From a virus, in IMG/VR virus record IMGVR_UViG_3300042910_000004: DNA of 42,328 nucleotides. One strand, written 5' to 3'. Made by a program: the position numbers and the translations under genes. The first letter of the stretch is position 1. Each line of letters starts with the position of its first letter. Below the pieces are notes generated by a model that was not told the DNA's origin, did no database searches, and saw only the letters and a program-made list of their open reading frames with translations. Below are positions 7,319-12,792 of the stretch, piece by piece.

Positions 7319-7599
7319 AAGAAAGAGCAAAAAGAAAGGAGCAGCAAATTCAAAAACTCCATTATTCGAAGGAAAGACAAGTTATCAAAACATCAATTTT
7401 CAATCAAGCGCAAGAATGGGCTAGACTTCAAGCAGAGCTTGGTCTTCCTGACGATGAAATTGAAAGGCTCATCAAAAAATGGCTTAAAAAACTTTACTAC
7501 GAATACAAACTATGGGATGAAGAATTTGACGAACTTTACTTTCAAAACATCAAAGAAAAAAAAGAAAGGTCAGAATTAAAAAACAAAAATGAAAAATGA
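7288..7599 (+). CDS. Hypothetical protein (103 aa)
   Basis: ORF in an operon, overlapping its neighbours. Confidence 0.5.
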   Translation: MDNQYSWEQIEERAKRKEQQIQKLHYSKERQVIKTSIFNQAQEWARLQAELGLPDDEIERLIKKWLKKLYYEYKLWDEEFDELYFQNIKEKKERSELKNKNEK

Positions 7600-8039
7600 A
7601 AGATGAAAAATTCGAAAAAATCTATGACTTTATAGACGAAGTTATGGATGTCACTGATGATTTGATTGACAAATGGATACTCGATTGGGAAATTGCTGTT
7701 GATTACGAAGCCAGAGAAGAAGTTGAAAAAGAATATGGAATGCCTTGGTGGAAAGTTTTAAGCGGAGACGATGATTATAATCCAGAAAATAACGACGAAG
7801 AAAATGAAAAAATTGTTGAACTTAAAGATTGGAATGATAAGAATTTTAGGTATTTTAAGGTTGTTCCTTCTGAAAAATCTAAATTAGAATTAGGTCTTCC
7901 TAATGATTTTTACTACATCGTTATTGTTGATTTGAAAAGAAATAAGATATCTTGCGATTGTTTGGGTAATTTAACAAATGGTTATTGCAAACATATCCAA
8001 ATGGTCGCAGAAAAATTAAAAATTAATTATCGAAAATGA
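7596..8039 (+). CDS. SWIM zinc-finger protein
   Basis: CDCLGNLTNGYCKH fits the CxCxnCxH pattern. Confidence 0.65.
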   Translation: MKDEKFEKIYDFIDEVMDVTDDLIDKWILDWEIAVDYEAREEVEKEYGMPWWKVLSGDDDYNPENNDEENEKIVELKDWNDKNFRYFKVVPSEKSKLELGLPNDFYYIVIVDLKRNKISCDCLGNLTNGYCKHIQMVAEKLKINYRK

Positions 8040-8713
8040 AAAAGAAAATAGAAAAAGTTGAATGGACAGAAATTAGAAAAAGAGAAATCAAATATCTCAT
8101 AGGACACTATTACAGAATTCAAAAACACAGGATTGCTATGGGTAACCAAATTTTTGCCCTTAATCAACAGAAAAATCCTGATGCCCCCATTAATCATTTC
8201 TACAAGAGAATTTTGGGGATTGAAAAAGAGATAAAAAAATACCTGAAAAACAGCCTAAAAGGAGTTCCTATATGGGAAGAATGGTTGAAAAAAGTCAAGG
8301 GAATTGGTGAAGTTTTAGGATGTGCTCTAATTGCCTTAATTGATATTAAAAAAGCAAAACACCCCTCAAATATCTGGAGTTATTTTGGATTAGCGCCTAA
8401 TCAAAAAAGAAAAAGGGGAGAAAGGGTAAATTATAATCCTTTGGCAAAGACAATTGCTTGGAAAATTGCCGATTGTTTTATCAAGTCGAAATCTCCGTAT
8501 AGAAAGGTTTATGAAGTAAGAAAAGCATACGAACAAGAAAAACATCCTGAATTTACAAAAGGACACATTGATATGAGGGCAAAAAGATATATGGTGAAAA
8601 GATTTCTTGTTGATTTATATGTCAAATGGAGAGAATTAGAAGGATTACCAGTATCAAAGCCTTATGTAGTTGATGTTTTAAAACATCAGATGGAAGATAT
8701 GATTGTGGAATAA
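8036..8713 (+). CDS. HhH protein resembling only the C-terminal (Transposase_20-like) half of IS110-family transposases
   Basis: VKGIGEVLGCALIALIDIKKAKHPSNIWSYFGLAPNQKRKRGE...NPLAKTIAWKIA resembles the IS110 C-terminal domain. I see no DEDD/RuvC-like N-terminal domain. Confidence 0.5.
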   Translation: MKKKIEKVEWTEIRKREIKYLIGHYYRIQKHRIAMGNQIFALNQQKNPDAPINHFYKRILGIEKEIKKYLKNSLKGVPIWEEWLKKVKGIGEVLGCALIALIDIKKAKHPSNIWSYFGLAPNQKRKRGERVNYNPLAKTIAWKIADCFIKSKSPYRKVYEVRKAYEQEKHPEFTKGHIDMRAKRYMVKRFLVDLYVKWRELEGLPVSKPYVVDVLKHQMEDMIVE

Positions 8714-8716
8714 AAT

Positions 8717-8869
8717 TTTTAGCCAAACGAAGGTAGAAAACCTTATCAAACAAGCGAGCCATTAATTTCAAGTAACCCTTAAGTAAATAGCGAGCCAAAT
8801 TTTACCAGAAACCCCGATGAGGTGAGCGAGCCAGAATTATATATCAACCCCAACCTTTCAAGCGAAAAT
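8717..8869. repeat. Five-unit, 36-bp phased repeat array (AGCGAGCCA ... AACCC)
   Basis: agcgagcca at 8753, 8789 and 8825; degenerate copies at 8717 and 8861. A second AACCC box sits 21-22 nt into each unit. No ORF in this region. Confidence 0.85.
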
Positions 8870-8921
8870 TAAAAACCAATGTTAAAATTAAAAAAGTCGG
8901 CATTAAGGTCAATCCTTAAAA

Positions 8922-9374
8922 ATGAAAACCTCGCCGTCTAAAAAAGCCAAGATTTTGCTTATATTTTTGGCAGTCTTGGTCTTAACAACATCGATATGGC
9001 TTGTAAAAAATAATATCAAAAAAGTGAAAAGTTCATTAGTCCAGTTGTTTATTATAGAAAAACAGGATGAAAGTTATTATAGCGAATTGGCAGAGAAATT
9101 GATAATGTGCGAAAGTTCGGATAATTGTCTGGCAATTGTCCCTTTTGATGGTGGGTCGGCAAGTCTCGGTTGTCTCCAATGGAAAATTGAAACATTTAGG
9201 GAATATGCCGAAAAATACGGAGTAATTGGAAAGAACGCAAGCTGGAATTATGTCGCTACCATTATATGGGACAAAAAAGTCAACAAATATCTAGCAATTC
9301 AAATATTAAAAAATGAGCCAGAAAAAGCAAAACAATTATGGTATAACTGCTGGAAGAAAATCAATAAAAAATGA
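8922..9374 (+). CDS. Membrane-anchored SLT-like lytic transglycosylase
   Basis: N-terminal TM stretch ILLIFLAVLVLTTSIWLV; CESSDNCLAIVPFDGGSASLGCLQ resembles the ES...GLMQ motif. Confidence 0.55.
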   Translation: MKTSPSKKAKILLIFLAVLVLTTSIWLVKNNIKKVKSSLVQLFIIEKQDESYYSELAEKLIMCESSDNCLAIVPFDGGSASLGCLQWKIETFREYAEKYGVIGKNASWNYVATIIWDKKVNKYLAIQILKNEPEKAKQLWYNCWKKINKK

Positions 9375-9664
9375 ACAACCAAATCTACCAAACAAATGAT
9401 ACCCCAGAAGCAGCTTATCTTGTTTCCTGTGGGTTTAACTATAAAGAGTTATCTTTTATTGACGACGAAATAATCACTTTTATTTTTGACGCAAATAAAG
9501 AACTTTTAGAAGAAGTTAAAAAATTCAAAGCAGGGAAAGCACTTGTTGAACCCACAAAATTTCTCTATAACTACAAGAAATTAATATCTGAAGTTATTTC
9601 TTTAAAGAAAAAATATAGATGGCAAAAACCAAAAATTTATCGTCCATTCAATTCTAAATGGTAA
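9371..9664 (+). CDS. Hypothetical protein (97 aa)
   Basis: ORF with ATGA overlap to the upstream gene. Confidence 0.6.
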   Translation: MNNQIYQTNDTPEAAYLVSCGFNYKELSFIDDEIITFIFDANKELLEEVKKFKAGKALVEPTKFLYNYKKLISEVISLKKKYRWQKPKIYRPFNSKW

Positions 9665-9682
9665 GAAATTAACATCAACCAT

Positions 9683-9710
9683 TTGACTTTTCAGAAAACT
9701 TTAATAAAAT
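9683..9710 (+). promoter_or_regulatory. Sigma70-type promoter TTGACT-N16-TAAAAT in front of the foreign island
   Basis: ttgacttttcagaaaactttaataaaat. Confidence 0.5.
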
Positions 9711-9748
9711 TTTTTTCAAGAACCCTAAAATAGTAAGGAGATGAGAAA

Positions 9749-10660
9749 ATGCGGAAGGAAAAAATCATCTCGCAGTTGGCTGCGGAGTTAATCAATCTTG
9801 CGGACGAAATCGTTCCTCGTATCTCCCCTGTATCACTTAAGCAAGCAAAATATGGAAAGGGGGATGAGGAAGTTTTCGTCCTGCTTTTGAGCGACTTTCA
9901 AGTTGGTATCAAGACTTCGACTTACAACACCTCCGTATTCGAGGAGCGGTTCTCCCGCTTGACCCGTAACGTTCTCAAAGTTCTTGCTCTTCATCGTCGG
10001 TCCCACCCAGTCAAGAAGTTGGTTGTCTTTTTGCTGGGGGATTTGGTCCATAACGAGGAGGTGGCTCGCTTCCTGTCTATCGATGAGCTGGATGTAGTGG
10101 TCCACGAACAAGTCTTCCAATACGCCATCCCCGTCCTACAAGGCTTCTTCGTCGAGATGCTACGAAACTTCGAGAAAGTCGAGGTTTATTGCGTTCGTGG
10201 AAACCACGGCCAGTTCTCGAAGCTACACGCAACTACCACCAACATTGACGACATCATCTACCACTTCCTTCGTGCTTCGTTCTCCCGTGAGAAGCGTATC
10301 AAGTTCCACATCGCAGAAACCTTCTATCAAATCGCTAAAGTCTATCGATGGAAGTTCCTCCTCGTTCACGGAGATACTATCCGAATGCACTATCAAATCC
10401 CCTGGTATGGTATCACCACTCGAGTGATGCGCTGGCAAAACTCCATCGAAGATTTCGACTTCGCATGCATTGGTCACTTCCACTCCTTCTCCGTTCTTGA
10501 TTGGGGAGGGAAAACCATCGTTATCAACGGAACCTTCCTTTCCGACGATGATTGGAGCAAGCAACGTCTCGGCCTAACATCTTCAGTGTGTCAGGTCCTT
10601 CTCGGAGTTCATCCAAAGCGTGGTATCTCCTTCATCCGCAAAATCTTTCTGACGAAATGA
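9749..10660 (+). CDS. Calcineurin-like metallophosphoesterase
   Basis: Motifs LLLSDFQVG, LLGDLVHNEE, VRGNHG, LVHGD and GHFH. Canonical SD taAGGAGatgagaaaATG. C-ending codon bias unlike the rest of the phage. Confidence 0.85.
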   Translation: MRKEKIISQLAAELINLADEIVPRISPVSLKQAKYGKGDEEVFVLLLSDFQVGIKTSTYNTSVFEERFSRLTRNVLKVLALHRRSHPVKKLVVFLLGDLVHNEEVARFLSIDELDVVVHEQVFQYAIPVLQGFFVEMLRNFEKVEVYCVRGNHGQFSKLHATTTNIDDIIYHFLRASFSREKRIKFHIAETFYQIAKVYRWKFLLVHGDTIRMHYQIPWYGITTRVMRWQNSIEDFDFACIGHFHSFSVLDWGGKTIVINGTFLSDDDWSKQRLGLTSSVCQVLLGVHPKRGISFIRKIFLTK

Positions 10661-10673
10661 AAGGAGGTGTGCT

Positions 10674-11324
10674 ATGTTCTCCCAAACTATCAAGCCTATC
10701 TTCCGTATCAATAAGCGTCAGAAGCGCCGAAAGCAGTTTAAGGCTGCTCCTCCTATCAAGGCATATCAGTTCATCCCTCCACTTGTCCGCAGTTTCGTCT
10801 GTTCTGTCATCGTTGAAACTGAAAAAGAATACGCAGTTGGAGGGGGATGCCTTACTACAATCGGGCTTCTGACTGCCGCTCATAACCTTGAAGGTGACAT
10901 CAAAAACATCTATGCTGACTTCTGCATCAACGAGTTCGTTGGTTTCACCATCCAGCTTCGAGAAGCAATCTGCTTTAAGGCTCTTGACCTTGCTGTCTTC
11001 GAAGCTCCGCAGCTAACCTTCCCAGGCTTAAAGCCAGCAAAGGTAATCATCGACAACGTCAATGAAATCAAGAAAATCATCTCCGAAAATCCCATCTACT
11101 CCTTTGGATGTCCTCAAGGCATCTTTGGCTTGACCTGGGAAGCGCTTCCCGTGTATCTCGACAACAGCTGTATCTATACTATCGGGTTTGGCTGGTTCGG
11201 AGTTTCAGGGGGCCCCATCTTTGCAGTAATCGACAATGAGCCAATCGTTTTAGCAATCAACTCCGAGCTGGCTTTCCCGACAATGACTCTGCTTTCCAGG
11301 CTAATCAACCTGAAGGCATCGTAG
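10674..11324 (+). CDS. Trypsin-like (S1/chymotrypsin-fold) serine protease
   Basis: LLTAAHNL (His), LDLAVF (Asp), GVSGGPIF (Ser). Canonical SD aAAGGAGGtgtgctATG. Confidence 0.8.
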   Translation: MFSQTIKPIFRINKRQKRRKQFKAAPPIKAYQFIPPLVRSFVCSVIVETEKEYAVGGGCLTTIGLLTAAHNLEGDIKNIYADFCINEFVGFTIQLREAICFKALDLAVFEAPQLTFPGLKPAKVIIDNVNEIKKIISENPIYSFGCPQGIFGLTWEALPVYLDNSCIYTIGFGWFGVSGGPIFAVIDNEPIVLAINSELAFPTMTLLSRLINLKAS

Positions 11325-11350
11325 GGGAGGCTCTGTCCTCCCCTTTTTCT
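11324..11350 (+). terminator. Rho-independent terminator closing the island
   Basis: GGGGAGGctctgtCCTCCCCttttt, overlapping the TAG stop. Confidence 0.8.
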
Positions 11351-11485
11351 GTTAATAACTTGTTAATTCAAGTTAAAAAATCCTTTTAAAATCTATATTT
11401 TTTGAAAATGTCAAATTTTTAAAAAATTTTGAAAAACTTTTTAAAAATTTAAATAGGTCGGAAATTAATCAATTAAAAATGAAAA

Positions 11486-11692
11486 ATGAAAAATATTTGT
11501 AAGTTTTGTAAAAGTGAGTTTTCAACTGAAAAACCACAAAAAGACTTCATATGCTTTGAATGTTTATCAATGGGAGCAGACAAGGATTTATTCACATATC
11601 TCAAAAATCGGGCAATGAGACTTATGGCAAAAATTGATTGGAAAATAGACGAAATTAAAGAAGTCGTAGATAATTTTCTAAAAAATGAATAA
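11486..11692 (+). CDS. Zinc-ribbon protein (68 aa)
   Basis: CKFCKSEF ... CFEC; cassette upstream (ggtcg 11456-11460). Confidence 0.55.
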   Translation: MKNICKFCKSEFSTEKPQKDFICFECLSMGADKDLFTYLKNRAMRLMAKIDWKIDEIKEVVDNFLKNE

Positions 11693-12026
11693 GAAATACA
11701 TAAAAGGGAGAAACTTTGAATACCAAATTAACAAAATATTGAGTAAAAGTGGGTTTCAAACGATACGTTCTGCTGGTTCTCACGGATTATTCGATATTAT
11801 AGCCTTCAAAAAACTTGGTGACGAAATAATGACTATTTTCATACAAGCAAAATCATACAAAAAATCATCGAAATTAGATACTCGTAAAATTCTAGAAAAT
11901 ATACTAAAAAAATTAAGTATTTTACCACAAGAAAATAACTTTTTCCATTCAAAAATTGGAAGGAAAATAAACGTTTTTTACTATGTTTTTAACCCTTATA
12001 CAATTTTTGCTGTTTTTGCCAAATAA
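11685..12026 (+). CDS. Hjc-type (archaeal-like) Holliday junction resolvase homologue
   Basis: KGRNFEYQINKILSKSGFQTIRSAGSHGLFDIIAF...FIQAKS parallels Hjc KG..ERE...GF..VRSAGS..D..A...IEVK. Confidence 0.6.
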   Translation: MNKKYIKGRNFEYQINKILSKSGFQTIRSAGSHGLFDIIAFKKLGDEIMTIFIQAKSYKKSSKLDTRKILENILKKLSILPQENNFFHSKIGRKINVFYYVFNPYTIFAVFAK

Positions 12027-12031
12027 ACCCC

Positions 12032-12105
12032 CTCTAAAATCGCGTGAGACAAAAGATTTTTTCTTGGAGGTATTGTAATACTAGCCCTTAAAAAATCTTT
12101 TGTCT
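12032..12105. repeat. Structured repeat element E1: 30-nt box shared with 41751-41780, plus a nested hairpin
   Basis: ctctaaaatcGCGtgagacaaaagattttt matches 41751-41780 at 27/30 nt. Perfect 16-bp outer stem 12047-12062 / 12090-12105 around a small inner hairpin. Confidence 0.8.
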
Positions 12106-12186
12106 GGTGGCAAAATTTCTAAACTTTTATGTTAAATCGAATGTAAAAACCCTATAAAAATCGAAGTTTTTTAAACCATTAAAAAA

Positions 12187-12222
12187 CCCCCTGGAAGTTT
12201 TCTCCTCCAGGGGGTTTATTTT
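12187..12222. terminator. Bidirectional rho-independent terminator between convergent operons
   Basis: aaaaaaCCCCCTGGAagttttctccTCCAGGGGGtttatttt. Confidence 0.8.
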
Positions 12223-12238
12223 ATGATTAGTTAGGGGT

Positions 12239-12292
12239 TTACCTTGAAGCTTTTTTACCCCTTCTTGCGGAACTTCTTGCTCTTCTTGCCAT
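12239..12292 (-). CDS. Possible 17-aa arginine-rich peptide (MARRARSSARRGKKASR)
   Basis: Hand-translated ORF after GGTCGAATTAAGAAGTAATTAAGAA-ATG; last ORF before the terminator. Confidence 0.2.
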   Translation of the reverse strand: MARRARSSARRGKKASR

Positions 12293-12299
12293 TTCTTAA

Positions 12300-12611
12300 T
12301 TACTTCTTAATTCGACCTAAAACTCCGTTATAAAGGCTTCTTTTGCCTAAATCCCAAAGTCCACTTGTATAAAGACCAATAAAAACACCAGAGGCAAAAG
12401 CCAATAAAGGATTTTCAATATAGCCGTAAAAATAAGACCAAAGAGCCAAACTAACTCCCCAAAAAACCGAAACTAATGGGGCATAATCATTAAAATTCTG
12501 TATTCTCTTACTTAAAATTCTTTTAACTACTTCTGTCATTCCCATAACTAAAAGGACAACGAAATGAAAACTTAAAAGTTGGTTTGCAGTTAATACCCAG
12601 CTTCCTTCCAT
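12300..12611 (-). CDS. Holin
   Basis: 103 aa with about three hydrophobic helices and a charged C-terminus; lies near the endolysin in the lysis cassette. Confidence 0.7.
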   Translation of the reverse strand: MEGSWVLTANQLLSFHFVVLLVMGMTEVVKRILSKRIQNFNDYAPLVSVFWGVSLALWSYFYGYIENPLLAFASGVFIGLYTSGLWDLGKRSLYNGVLGRIKK

Positions 12612-12639
12612 TTTTTAGATTTTTTTAATCAACGACCTT

Positions 12640-12774
12640 TTAAAATTGAAAATCCATTTCGCTAAATTCTTCTTCTTCGCTTTCTCTTTCTTCTTCTAAT
12701 TCTTCTTCTTCAGTCTCAACGGGTTTTTCTTCAAGATTTACATCTTCTTCAAAAAGGTATTCTGTATCTACCAT
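12640..12774 (-). CDS. Possible 44-aa extremely acidic peptide (MVDTEYLFEEDVNLEEKPVETEEEELEEERESEEEEFSEMDFQF)
   Basis: Hand-translated. Cassette upstream (cgacc 12797-12801) and another cassette right after its stop. Confidence 0.4.
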   Translation of the reverse strand: MVDTEYLFEEDVNLEEKPVETEEEELEEERESEEEEFSEMDFQF

Positions 12775-12792
12775 TTTTCTAAAATTTTTTAA

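Noticed and set aside
8717-8869. CRISPR array interpretation of the 36-bp periodic repeats
   Set aside because: The conserved block is only about 9 nt plus a 5-nt box. The units are not repeat-spacer structured, only three or four units are good, and there are no cas genes.
9833-11095. Six additional ORFs (9833-10120, 10197-10427, 10223-10564, 10552-10872, 10632-10883, 10910-11095) overlapping the phosphoesterase and protease genes
   Set aside because: They lie in alternative frames or antisense to two ORFs with clear catalytic motifs. Their products are low-complexity (S/L/P-rich). Their existence is explained by the higher G+C of the island, which means fewer stop codons.
9665-11485. Direct repeats flanking the foreign island as insertion scars (agaaaactttaataaaattttt at about 9694-9715 compared with tgaaaaactttttaaaaattt at about 11438-11458)
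   Set aside because: The similarity is imperfect and lies in very AT-rich, low-complexity sequence, where such matches are expected by chance.
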